A DNA stretch of 64,000 bases, taken from positions 800,001 to 864,000 of the forward strand of contig CAXXUK010000001.1 of NCBI GenBank assembly GCA_963665125.2, written 5' to 3'. The translations under genes and the position numbers were made by a program. Source of the stretch: an uncultured Desulfarculus sp. (GTDB lineage Bacteria > Desulfobacterota > Desulfarculia > Desulfarculales > Desulfarculaceae). The notes beneath the pieces were generated by a model. It did not search any database, was not told the origin of the DNA, and saw only the letters and a list, made by a program, of their open reading frames with translations. Shown piece after piece: positions 9,472 to 20,579 of the stretch. Numbering within the stretch: the stretch's first letter is position 1; the number at the start of each line of letters is the position of its first letter.

Positions 9472-9629
9472 AAAACAGACGCTAGATGATGGCGGTGACA
9501 AAATTATAATAAATACAATTAGATGTGGTGTTGGCCTTTGCCGGATGAAAAGAAGGCTGCAAGTCGGTTGCCCACCAAACTAGGATTTTTTTTCCCAGGA
9601 CCCGCAGGCCGCTGGGAACCATGTTCCTC

Positions 9630-10322
9630 CTAGGCGGGGTCCTCATAGCCGCTGATGGCGTCTAGGTTGTCCTTCATGGCGATGAGTTCGGCCTCCAACT
9701 CTTGCCTGGCCAGTTCGATCTGTTCTCTGCTGAGATTCGGCAAATAGCTGCGTGGCGCGCCGAAGTCCACATACACCTTTGCAAACGGCTTGGGGATGGC
9801 GGTCTTGTCCCAGGTGCCTTTCAGGCACCAGCAGCGCCTGGCCGACCACATGACCGGCGCCAGGGGCAGGCTGGTGTGGCACGAAAGGCGGATCATGCCG
9901 TCCTTGGCCTTGTAGCGGGGGCCCCGGGGTCCGTCGGCCACCGTGCCGGCGTAACGCCTGGGGCCTCCGGTGATGTAGACGGCCATCTGGCGCAGGGCGG
10001 CCATGCCGCCGCCCGAGGAACTTCCACGCACCGGTATGCCTCCCAGGGCCTTGAGAAACCCGGACAGGATTTCGCCGTCATTGCTGCGGCTGATCATTAT
10101 TGCCGGGTGGTAGTTGCCGAAATTGCCCAGAAAGAAAATCGCCGCCCGGTGCCAGGTAAGCAACACGCCGCTTTGGCCGCGGTCAAAGAAATCCCATACC
10201 TTCGGGTCCATGTAGGTGACCCGGCAGGTCTTGAACATCAGCCATAATATGCGGCCGATGATCGTGGCGATGAGCCACAGCAGAACCCGCCCCCAGCGGC
10301 TGTTTTTATAGTCCAGGGCCAT
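9630..10322 (-). CDS. DUF374 / lysophospholipid acyltransferase-family protein
   Basis: TWH, ISRSNDGE, VRGSSSGGG, DGPRGP, WDKTAIPKPF; start overlaps the upstream stop (TAATG). Confidence 0.85.
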   Translation of the reverse strand: MALDYKNSRWGRVLLWLIATIIGRILWLMFKTCRVTYMDPKVWDFFDRGQSGVLLTWHRAAIFFLGNFGNYHPAIMISRSNDGEILSGFLKALGGIPVRGSSSGGGMAALRQMAVYITGGPRRYAGTVADGPRGPRYKAKDGMIRLSCHTSLPLAPVMWSARRCWCLKGTWDKTAIPKPFAKVYVDFGAPRSYLPNLSREQIELARQELEAELIAMKDNLDAISGYEDPA

Positions 10323-10963
10323 TAATAGCCCAGGTCCTGGCCCACCAGGACCACATGCATTCTCTCGGCATCGGCCTGCTTGTGGATGATCACGCTGGCG
10401 TTGCAGATGCGGTCCGGGCTGTCGCAATCGTGGCATACGCCGGTGACGGCGCAGGGAGTCTTACGGCCCAGACGCTTGGCATTGGTCGGAGCGGTCATGT
10501 AGGTGATGCGTTGCAGGGCCGAATCGGTGTCCGGGCAGATCTTGTTGCAGCCGGATATCAGGATGACCTTTTTCGGGCCGAAGAGGATCGGGGCCACCCG
10601 GTTGCAGTAGGCGTCGACAAAGACCAAATGGCCGTCTTCGCTGATGCCGTTGACGCCGGAGATGAAATAGTCCGCCGTGAGCCCGGCCCGCAGGCGCTTC
10701 ATCAATTCCTCGACGCTGATGTCTTTTTCGTAACGGTCGATGAAGTTGACGTCGGCCTGGCGGACGGCGTCCAACACGCCGGTCTCGATCAGGGTCATGG
10801 AGCCGCCCACGGCCACGGTGCTGCCCGCCGGAATCATGTCCATGACGTGTTTTTTTACGTCAGACGCCTCGGCGACAAAGCTGCCGTTGATGCGGTTTTT
10901 TTTCAACGCCTCAAGGGTGGCCTTGGCCCTGGTTTCATGGAACCACTTGACGTTTTCGTCCAC
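10322..10963 (-). CDS. LUD-domain (lactate-utilisation/YkgG-like) protein with C-terminal Cys cluster
   Basis: GGSMTL, SGVNGISEDGHLV.VD..NRVA, GPKKVI..GCNKI, PCAVTGVCHDCDSPDRICN. Confidence 0.85.
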   Translation of the reverse strand: MDENVKWFHETRAKATLEALKKNRINGSFVAEASDVKKHVMDMIPAGSTVAVGGSMTLIETGVLDAVRQADVNFIDRYEKDISVEELMKRLRAGLTADYFISGVNGISEDGHLVFVDAYCNRVAPILFGPKKVILISGCNKICPDTDSALQRITYMTAPTNAKRLGRKTPCAVTGVCHDCDSPDRICNASVIIHKQADAERMHVVLVGQDLGY

Positions 10964-11090
10964 AATCGACCTCCGATAGGGTTTGACATTGCAGCGGGAC
11001 GTTAAATCAATACCATGGCCGGCCGCCAGGGGCCAATGACAGTTGTGCGTTTATACCCCATTTGCCGTGCAAAAACCTTGATCTAGCGTA

Positions 11091-11119
11091 TTGACGGCCT
11101 TATGGGCTTGTGGTACATA
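11091..11119 (+). promoter_or_regulatory. Sigma70-type promoter for tRNA-Asn
   Basis: TTGACG-17 bp-TACATA with TG extension, 14 nt before the tRNA. Confidence 0.55.
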
Positions 11120-11133
11120 CTGGCCACGAAAAT

Positions 11134-11209
11134 TCCCCGGTAGCTCAGCTGGCAGAGCAGGTGGCTGTTAACCACCCTGTCGATGGTTCGAATCCGTCCC
11201 GGGGAGCCA
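11134..11209 (+). tRNA. tRNA-Asn (GTT)
   Basis: 76-nt cloverleaf: TCCCCGG acceptor, TAGCTCAG D arm, GGTGG-CTGTTAA-CCACC anticodon arm, GGTTCGAATCC T arm, encoded CCA. Confidence 0.97.
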
Positions 11210-11247
11210 AAAAAGAACCACCGCTATTTGGTGGAAAAAATATCACT

Positions 11248-11288
11248 AGCATAAGCCCCAGGGTTGATTACGCCCTGGGGCTTATGCT
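11248..11288 (+). terminator. Hairpin downstream of tRNA-Asn (probable terminator)
   Basis: 16-bp perfect inverted repeat AGCATAAGCCCCAGGG / CCCTGGGGCTTATGCT. Confidence 0.6.
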
Positions 11289-11311
11289 GTTGCCAACACC
11301 GCGAGAAGGCC

Positions 11312-11662
11312 ATGCGCTTGCTGCCCATTTTGATGTTGACGTTGTCGAACATCTTCATGACCTATGCCTGGTACGGCCACTTGCGGGACCTGAGGGCCAA
11401 GCCCTTGCTGGCCGTCATCGCCATCAGTTGGGGCGTGGCCTTTTTTGAATACTGCCTCCAGGTGCCGGCCAACCGCATGGGCAGCGCCTATTTCACCCTG
11501 CCGCAGCTCAAGGTTTTGCAGGAAATCCTGGCCATGGTCGTCTTCGCCGGTTTCTGCGTCTTCTACATGCGTGAAAAGATGACCTGGGATTTTCTCTGGG
11601 CCGGTCTTTGCCTGGCAGGCGCGGCCTTTTTCATGTTCCGCAACATACCCGGCGGGCAATAG
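11312..11662 (+). CDS. DMT-family small membrane protein (DUF486 type)
   Basis: LSNIFMTYAWYGHL, SWGVAFFEYCLQVPANRMG, QLKVLQE. Confidence 0.88.
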   Translation: MRLLPILMLTLSNIFMTYAWYGHLRDLRAKPLLAVIAISWGVAFFEYCLQVPANRMGSAYFTLPQLKVLQEILAMVVFAGFCVFYMREKMTWDFLWAGLCLAGAAFFMFRNIPGGQ

Positions 11663-11926
11663 GCCCGGGCGGCGTTAGACGGGCGGTGCGGCCCCTGAAA
11701 AGTCCGGCGACACTCCCGGATTGGGCCTGCGGCCCCAATCCGCCGACACGCCCAATTGGCAATACGTTTCGCCGAAAATCTGCAATATCCATGGTTATAC
11801 AGACCAATCGGCGGGGCGCCAAACAATGTCAAATTATCCCTTTCTGCCGTGTATAATTGGAATTAAAGCGAAACCACCCGTCTTAGCGTGGCTTTTCTCT
11901 ACGGCAACCATGTGGGGCTCACGCCA

Positions 11927-13810
<1,884 letters not shown>

Positions 13811-13875
13811 AACCGCCGCTTCAGGCAGATCAATGCCCGCAGCGGCGGCGGAATGTCTTCAACCCGACGGAAGCG

Positions 13876-14769
13876 CTAAAGAGCCCGCATCCATTCCGGT
13901 TTTAATCCCACATCGCCCTTAATGGCGCTGTCGATCAATGCAAGGGTTTTTTCCTTGTCCTGGGGCAGGTAGGCCCTGATGGGCAGATAATTGCTGGCAT
14001 GGTTGGCAAAGAACAGTCCGTTGCTCAGGTCGGTGTTGGCCAGCATCACCCGCAGTTCTCCAAGCATGCCGATGGCGTCGGGCAGCTTGAATTCGCCCCG
14101 CTGATAGGCGTCGCCCATGGGCGTGCCCGGATAGAGCATCAAGGTCAGGGCGCCCACGTAATCAGGGTCCATCGCGCTGAGCAAAAGGCCGGTTTCCTTG
14201 GCGTGCTCATAGCTGCGCTCCGCTCCGCCCACTCCCAGCAGCACGGTCACCGACACCTTCATGCCCGCGGCCTTGGCCCGCTGGCCCTGCAAAATCAGCT
14301 TTTCCGGTGTGGCCCCCTTGTTAATGTCCTTCAAGACATCCCGATGGCCGCTTTCCACGCCGTAGTAGATGATCTTCAGGCCCATGTCGGCCAGCTTGCG
14401 CAGATCCTCGTCGCTCTTCAGGGCAATGCTCTTGCTGTTGGCGTATGACCCAACCCGCTCGACCCAGGGCAGCTTTTCCTTGATCTCGGTGAGCAGCCAT
14501 TCCCAGTGGCGCATGGGCATGATCATGGCGTCGCCGTCCATGATGAACACGCGGTTTTGCCGACGGCAGTGTTTTTGGGCAAAGCGGATATCCTGCTCAA
14601 GAGTTTCCCTGCTTTTTATGGCAAAGCGCTTGTCGTAATAGGTGCCGCAAAAGCCGCATTTGTTGTGGCTGCAACCGAGGGTGGCCTGAATCAGGATGGA
14701 GTAGGCCTCGCTGGGCGGGCGGATGCAGTTGCCTACATAGTCAAAGCCTTGGGGTTCGGCCAGGGCCAT
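13876..14769 (-). CDS. Radical SAM protein
   Basis: IRPPSEAYS, CSHNKCGFC (CxxxCxxC), GVESG, ANHASNYL. Confidence 0.88.
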   Translation of the reverse strand: MALAEPQGFDYVGNCIRPPSEAYSILIQATLGCSHNKCGFCGTYYDKRFAIKSRETLEQDIRFAQKHCRRQNRVFIMDGDAMIMPMRHWEWLLTEIKEKLPWVERVGSYANSKSIALKSDEDLRKLADMGLKIIYYGVESGHRDVLKDINKGATPEKLILQGQRAKAAGMKVSVTVLLGVGGAERSYEHAKETGLLLSAMDPDYVGALTLMLYPGTPMGDAYQRGEFKLPDAIGMLGELRVMLANTDLSNGLFFANHASNYLPIRAYLPQDKEKTLALIDSAIKGDVGLKPEWMRAL

Positions 14770-15214
14770 ATCTTTATCTCCATATTCAATGCAGTTATTA
14801 TCAATCCCTCAAAATATAGGCACTCAACCTTCATCCCGCAAGCGCAATGCTTGCGCACCCACAGCGGAGGCAGCACTCAAAGCACGCATGAAGGCCGATG
14901 GCCCCGGCCGGGCGATGTTGCAAAATACGACCGGAAGCCCAATGCTTGGGCTCCCACATCGCGGACAGCGCTCAGCGCACGGATATGCGGCAGTGGCCCC
15001 GACCGCGACGCAGAACAATTGCAACGCCGCCCGGCTTGATCGGCCTCGCCGCCCGCTTCGGGCACTGCCCCCACGCCGTTTGCGAGACCCAGCCAAGGAG
15101 CAGCGGCCAAAAGCAGTGCGGTTCACAACTGGGTAGGGAGATGATAGCACCCTTAAGATTTCCGCTCGTAGGGCCGGTCCCGATCCTACTGGGCCAGATA
15201 TATTTTTGCGAGCC

Positions 15215-15286
15215 GGGAGTCCAGAGGGGATGGCGAGCTTTTGATATTGCTCAAAAGCGAAGAATCCCCTCTGGCCGCCGGAGGCA
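15215..15286 (+). repeat. REP-like palindromic element
   Basis: CCAGAGGGGAT ... GCTTTTGA/TCAAAAGC ... ATCCCCTCTGG followed by CCGCCGGAGGCA, in a ~800-bp intergenic region. Confidence 0.5.
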
Positions 15287-15573
15287 AAATGCTTTGGCCG
15301 CCAAATAACGGGCAAACTTCAGATCCCCAATAAGCACCTGTGCCCTCGGACACTGGTTGTCGGCCGCTGACCCGGCGTAGCGCGAAGCCATGCGCCGTGA
15401 GCCCCGGACCGGATTCATTGCATTGGAGGGTGTTCCTCGGGCCGATGAGCAAGAGATAGCCCGCCGGAGGAAAACTGAAAAGCCGCAAAAGTGAGGATTG
15501 CCAATCGGCATCTAGACACTACTAGGGACAAATCAAATGCCCGGCCCCAAACGGACCGGGCACGTAAAACCTT

Positions 15574-15918
15574 TTAATGGTAGTCGTGGGTGCCGGTGAT
15601 CACGGGCAGACCGAACTTGTCCTTGATAAAGGCCACTTTTTCCTCGACCGTGCTGTTGGGGCAATCAGGCTTGGCGCCCACCATGCAGGAGCTCAGATAC
15701 ACGGCGTCGGGCTTCACTTCCGAAAGCTTCATGGCCATGCCCAGATTGGGGACCATGGTCCGGCCGGGGCACTCGCATTTTACAAAAGCGACAACCTTGA
15801 CTGGCTCTTCGAATTTGCCTTCGCCCATGGCCGCGGCTTTGAGGCAGCGCCATTCGCCGGGGCAGCCGTAACCACTGTCCATGTAGGAACCGCAACCGAT
15901 TACCATCACATTTTTCAT
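15574..15918 (-). CDS. CGGC-domain-like small Cys-rich metal-binding protein
   Basis: IGC, CPGEWRC, CECPG, YLSSC, CP, VITGTH pattern. Confidence 0.8.
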   Translation of the reverse strand: MKNVMVIGCGSYMDSGYGCPGEWRCLKAAAMGEGKFEEPVKVVAFVKCECPGRTMVPNLGMAMKLSEVKPDAVYLSSCMVGAKPDCPNSTVEEKVAFIKDKFGLPVITGTHDYH

Positions 15919-16082
15919 CTCTATGCTCCAAAGATGTTATTTTGTATGAAACTCTCTCATTGTGTGATTGATTTGGCTTTAGTCAATAGCACCGCCCATG
16001 CGCGGGGTCAAGTGCGCAACACGATGCTGATGAGCACTTTGAGTATATAATATGGGGGTGGCCGGCGGGGGGAGGAGGGCTT

Positions 16083-16931
16083 ATGAGCGGCTTATTTGTA
16101 TTTATCGATGATTCCGAGTTTGAGTTGGAGAACTTTAAGGCCAATGCCGCCAAGGCATACGACCGGGCCGAGTTCGTATACGCCGGTACGTTCGATCAGG
16201 CCGTGCAGGAGATAGGCGGCCGGATACCGGTCTGCTTTTTGTTGGATATCTTCGGGGGCGACCCCGAGGCCAAACCCCGTCTGCCCAAGCCCCAGGAAAC
16301 GGTGAAGATGATGGGCAAGCCGCCGTCTGTGGAGCGGCTATACAGCAATGTTGAGAAGCCTTCACCCAAGGAGGCCAACCTGCTGCTGCGGCGCATCTAC
16401 GCCTATGTAAACCGCATCCAGATGGCCTTCAGCCGCGCGGCGGGCATGTTGGGCCAGGGCCGTCATTATGGTTTGGACAACCTGAACAGGGTGCGCGAAA
16501 AATATCCCTGGGCCGCGGCCGTGGGCTACAGTCGCAAGGCCCTGTACGCCGATGCCGTGGCCATGAGCATGGCCGGGGCCGACGGGGTGTTGCAAAAACC
16601 CCAGGGTGATGACGACGAAGCCATAGCCTTGGCCACCCGCCAAATGTCTCTCGCCTTGGCCAGGGCGGTATATGAAATGGTGGACCGCCGCTTGATCAGC
16701 ACGGCGGCGCCCCTGGCCTTGAGCATGTTCGACGAACCGGGCGGCGGCAGCCAGTTGATGGGCCGCGCCCTGCGGGTGGCCGTGGCGGCCATGGGTGGCG
16801 CGTCCGGCGGCGTGCGGTTCCAGGCCGGACGCCAATTGGAAGACGTGTTGTCAGGCGGCGCGCCCGCCGGATTGACGGCGACGGTCGCCTCGGCCATAGC
16901 CCAGTGGCTCACGGCCCAGCGCCCTGCTTGA
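16083..16931 (+). CDS. Atypical receiver-domain protein with a large internal insertion
   Basis: FIDD, LLD, GYS, GADGVLQKP in REC order; GGAGG SD. Confidence 0.65.
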   Translation: MSGLFVFIDDSEFELENFKANAAKAYDRAEFVYAGTFDQAVQEIGGRIPVCFLLDIFGGDPEAKPRLPKPQETVKMMGKPPSVERLYSNVEKPSPKEANLLLRRIYAYVNRIQMAFSRAAGMLGQGRHYGLDNLNRVREKYPWAAAVGYSRKALYADAVAMSMAGADGVLQKPQGDDDEAIALATRQMSLALARAVYEMVDRRLISTAAPLALSMFDEPGGGSQLMGRALRVAVAAMGGASGGVRFQAGRQLEDVLSGGAPAGLTATVASAIAQWLTAQRPA

Positions 16932-16956
16932 CACCCGGTTGAACCATTGATAGATT
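16928..16956 (+). promoter_or_regulatory. Sigma70-type promoter for hrcA
   Basis: TTGACA-17 bp-TAGATT with TGn extension. Confidence 0.6.
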
Positions 16957-16998
16957 CGCTGAGTGTTTCTGGGCTTATCGGAAAGATGGTAGCAACTT

Positions 16999-18042
16999 TT
17001 GACCAGGCAAATTAGCGACAGATCAAAGCTGATTCTGGCCGCCGTGGTGGCCAACTACATAGTGACCGCCGAACCCGTGGGCTCAAAAACGGTCAGCAGG
17101 CAGGACATGGTCAATGTCTCCGCCGCCACCGTGCGTAGTGTCATGGCCGAACTGGAAGAGTTGGGCTTGCTGGAACAGCCCCACGTATCGGCGGGCAGAA
17201 TCCCCACGGAAGAAGGCCTGCGTCTCTATGTGGATACCATCCTCCAGGTGGGCGATCTTGACTTCGCCGTCAAACAGACGCTGCGGCAGGCCTTGAACGA
17301 AACCCGGGGCCTGGACCCGGCAGAGGTGCTCAAGAACGCCGGCAAGGCCCTAAGCGACATCAACCGGTTGGCGGCAGTGGTCGCGGCGCCAAAGCCTGAG
17401 CAGGAGATGTTCAGGCATATGGAGTTCGTGCGGCTGGGCAAGGGTCTGATTTTGGTGGTGCTGGTTTCGCGTAGCGGTGCCGTGCAAAACCGCCTTATCC
17501 ACCATGACGATGACATCCACCAGGATGAACTGGATAAATATACGCGATACTTGAATAGTCTGCTGGGCGATCTTACCTTGAGTGAGGTGAGGAAACGCGT
17601 GGCCCTGGAAATGGCCAAGGATAAAAACCGGTTTGACGAGATCTTGAGCAATGCCCTCAAGTTGGGCCAAAAGGCCTTTGGCGGCGAAGTCGATGGCGAT
17701 GTTTTTATCGAAGGCCGCACGAACTTGATGGACGAGCCCGAGTTCGCCGATGTTTCCCGCCTGAGAACCGTTTTTCAGGCCTTTGAGGAAAAGTCGGTTC
17801 TTCTACGGCTTCTGGAGCGCTCCATGGAGGCCGAAGGCGTCAGGATCTTCATCGGGTCAGACAGCCTGCTTTCCGGCATGGAAGGCGTCACCGCCGTGAC
17901 GTCGTCGTATGGCCCGGAAGGCTCTCCGGCCGGGGCTCTGGCAGTGATAGGGCCCACGCGAATGGATTATTCCAAGGTAATCGCCACTGTGGACTACACC
18001 GCCAAGCTTGTGACCCGCATCTTGGATTCCCGCGGGAACTAA
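16999..18042 (+). CDS. hrcA: Heat-inducible transcription repressor HrcA
   Basis: YIVTAEPVGSK, SAATVRSVMAELEELGLLEQPHVSAGRIPT, VIGPTRMDY; precedes grpE-dnaK. Confidence 0.95.
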   Translation: MTRQISDRSKLILAAVVANYIVTAEPVGSKTVSRQDMVNVSAATVRSVMAELEELGLLEQPHVSAGRIPTEEGLRLYVDTILQVGDLDFAVKQTLRQALNETRGLDPAEVLKNAGKALSDINRLAAVVAAPKPEQEMFRHMEFVRLGKGLILVVLVSRSGAVQNRLIHHDDDIHQDELDKYTRYLNSLLGDLTLSEVRKRVALEMAKDKNRFDEILSNALKLGQKAFGGEVDGDVFIEGRTNLMDEPEFADVSRLRTVFQAFEEKSVLLRLLERSMEAEGVRIFIGSDSLLSGMEGVTAVTSSYGPEGSPAGALAVIGPTRMDYSKVIATVDYTAKLVTRILDSRGN

Positions 18043-18073
18043 TTGCCCAGTGGTTATCGGGAGGTGACCAAAG

Positions 18074-18631
18074 TTGTCTGAAAAGGATCATATCAAAATA
18101 AAAGTTAACTCCGGCGACGACGCCGCTGTTGAGCAGGATATTCAGGAACCAGAGGTGTTGGACCCCGAGGAACCCGTTGCCGTGGCTGAAGAAACAGTCG
18201 ATTTCGAAGACCGCTTCATGCGTCTTGCCGCGGAATTTGAAAACTACAAGAAACGTTCCGAGCGGGAAAAAGCCGAATTCCTCAAACGGGCCAACGAGTC
18301 TCTGTTGGCTGAATTGCTGCCGGTGTTGGACAACCTGGAGCGCGCGGTTGAAGCCTCGGACGGTTCCGACGCCCAGACCATGCAAAAGGGCGTTGAGATG
18401 GTTCTGGACCAACTGCGCAAGGGCCTGGCCAAGTTCGGCCTGGAAGAGATAGAAGCCCTGGGCAAGCCGTTTGATCCCCAGTTGCATGAAGCAATGATGC
18501 AGCAAGAGGACCCGGATGCCGAAGCGGGCACGGTGCTAAGCCAATATCAAAAGGGTTATCGCTTCCGGGATAGGCTGTTGCGCCCGGCCATGGTTGTGGT
18601 GGCCAAGGAGCCGGAGACGGACAGCGCTTAA
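18074..18631 (+). CDS. grpE: Nucleotide exchange factor GrpE
   Basis: RLAAEFENYKKR, LLPVLDNLERA, FDPQLHEA, QKGY..RLLRPAMVVV; GGAGG SD, TTG start. Confidence 0.96.
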   Translation: MSEKDHIKIKVNSGDDAAVEQDIQEPEVLDPEEPVAVAEETVDFEDRFMRLAAEFENYKKRSEREKAEFLKRANESLLAELLPVLDNLERAVEASDGSDAQTMQKGVEMVLDQLRKGLAKFGLEEIEALGKPFDPQLHEAMMQQEDPDAEAGTVLSQYQKGYRFRDRLLRPAMVVVAKEPETDSA

Positions 18632-18668
18632 AAACAACAAATTCGCCGGCCTGTGATATTGTAATGAG

Positions 18669-20579
18669 ATGAGTAAGATTATCGGCATCGACCTTGGTAC
18701 GACCAACTCCTGCGTAGCGGTTTTGGATGGTGGTGGTGCGCAAGTGCTGACCAATCAGGAGGGCGGCCGGACCACACCGAGCATGATAGCGGTGACCTCC
18801 AGCGGAGACAGGTTGGTTGGCGAGGCCGCCAAACGTCAGGCCGTGACCAATCCGGTCAACACCATCTTTGCCGTCAAGAGGCTCATCGGACGCGCCTTCG
18901 ACAATGATATCGTCCAGGCAGATATCCCGCTTCTGCCCTACATAATCACTCCGTCTAAAAACGGCGACGCCCACATCAAGTTACAAGGCAAGGTGGTCAG
19001 CCCTCCGGAAATCAGTTCCATGGTCCTGGCCAAGCTGAAAAGGACCGCCGAGGACTACTTCGGCTGCGCGGTCGACAAGGCCGTGGTCACCGTGCCGGCC
19101 TATTTCGACGACAACCAACGCCAGGCCACCCGGGACGCCGCGCGCATCGCCGGGCTGGAGGTGGTGCGCATCATCAACGAGCCCACTGCCGCGGCTTTGG
19201 CCTACGGGCTCGATAAAAAAGGCTCCAAGACCGTTGCCGTCTTTGATTTGGGCGGCGGCACCTTTGACATTTCGATCCTGCAATTGCAGGAAGACATGTT
19301 CGAAGTGGTGAGCACCAACGGCGACACGCATCTGGGCGGCGAGGATTTCGACAACCGCATCGTTGACTACCTCGCTGACACGTTTCTGGCGGAAAACGGC
19401 ATTGATCTGCGCCGGGACAACATGGCCCTGCAGCGGCTCAAGGAGGCGGCCGAAAGGGCCAAATTCGAACTGAGTTCCCTGACTACTACGGAAGTAAACC
19501 TGCCATTTGTCTCCGCCGGACCAGAGGGGCCTAAACACTTGCAGATCAGGATCAGCCGGGCCAAGCTGGAACTGATGACCACCGATCTTGTCAAGAGGAC
19601 CGAAGGCCCCTGTCGCATGGCCCTCAAAGACGCCGGTTTGTCGCCCTGGGATATTGACGAAGTGATCCTTGTCGGCGGCATGACCCGGATGCCCTCCATC
19701 CAAAGGATGGTTGCCGCCATATTTGGACGGGAACCCAGCAAAGGAGTCAACCCCGACGAGGTGGTGGCTATGGGAGCCAGCATCCAGGCTGGCATCCTGG
19801 CCGGGGATATGCCCGAGGTCGTCCTTTTGGACATCACGCCCCTGAGCCTGGGCATCGAGACCATGGGCGGGGTGATGACCGTGCTGATCAACCGCAACAC
19901 AACCATTCCCACAAGAACGACCCAGGTGTTCACCACGGCGGTGGACAACCAGCCCGCGGTAAGCATCCACGTGCTCCAGGGTGAAAGGGAGATGGCCGAG
20001 GACTGCCGAACCCTTGGGCGGTTTGATCTGACGGGCATAGAGCCGGCGCCAAAGGGAGTGCCCCAGGTGGAGGTTTGCTTTGATATCGACGCCAATGGCA
20101 TCGTAAATGTCAGCGCCAGGGACATATCCATCGGCAAGAGGCAATCCATCGCCATCAGGGGCTCCAGCGGGCTCAGCGAGGAAGATGTCGAACGCCTTAT
20201 CGCCGAGGCCGAGGCCAATGCCGAACTGGACCGGATCAAACGCGAATTGGTCGAAACCAGAAACGAAGGGGCCACGCTGATCGAACAGGTGCGTTCCGTT
20301 CTGGAACGCGCCGACGGCAAGCCCGTCGCGCCGCAGGTATCCGACCAGGTCATTAAATCCATAGCCGATCTGCAAGATAAACTTGACGGACAAGACAGCA
20401 GGGCCATAAAAAAGGCAATTGAAAAGTTGCAGGACGCCGGTCACCGGCTTTCCCAGGCCATGTATGCCAGCCGGGTGGATTTTGACCATGCCGGCAACAA
20501 AGAAGCAAAAAAATCATCCAAAGATCCGGCTGTGGATTTCGACGGAATGCGCGAAGCCGGACTTGAGGAAAAAAATTGA
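18669..20579 (+). CDS. dnaK: Hsp70 chaperone DnaK
   Basis: [56 protein letters not shown]. Confidence 0.96.
   Translation: MSKIIGIDLGTTNSCVAVLDGGGAQVLTNQEGGRTTPSMIAVTSSGDRLVGEAAKRQAVTNPVNTIFAVKRLIGRAFDNDIVQADIPLLPYIITPSKNGDAHIKLQGKVVSPPEISSMVLAKLKRTAEDYFGCAVDKAVVTVPAYFDDNQRQATRDAARIAGLEVVRIINEPTAAALAYGLDKKGSKTVAVFDLGGGTFDISILQLQEDMFEVVSTNGDTHLGGEDFDNRIVDYLADTFLAENGIDLRRDNMALQRLKEAAERAKFELSSLTTTEVNLPFVSAGPEGPKHLQIRISRAKLELMTTDLVKRTEGPCRMALKDAGLSPWDIDEVILVGGMTRMPSIQRMVAAIFGREPSKGVNPDEVVAMGASIQAGILAGDMPEVVLLDITPLSLGIETMGGVMTVLINRNTTIPTRTTQVFTTAVDNQPAVSIHVLQGEREMAEDCRTLGRFDLTGIEPAPKGVPQVEVCFDIDANGIVNVSARDISIGKRQSIAIRGSSGLSEEDVERLIAEAEANAELDRIKRELVETRNEGATLIEQVRSVLERADGKPVAPQVSDQVIKSIADLQDKLDGQDSRAIKKAIEKLQDAGHRLSQAMYASRVDFDHAGNKEAKKSSKDPAVDFDGMREAGLEEKN

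Noticed and set aside
11134..11900. Genomic island or prophage integrated at tRNA-Asn
   Set aside because: No integrase, no duplicated tRNA 3' end noticed, and no phage genes downstream.
14789..15511. Overlapping ORFs of 77-177 aa in the intergenic region
   Set aside because: Arg/Pro/Ala-rich composition, no SD or domain motifs, mutually overlapping on both strands.
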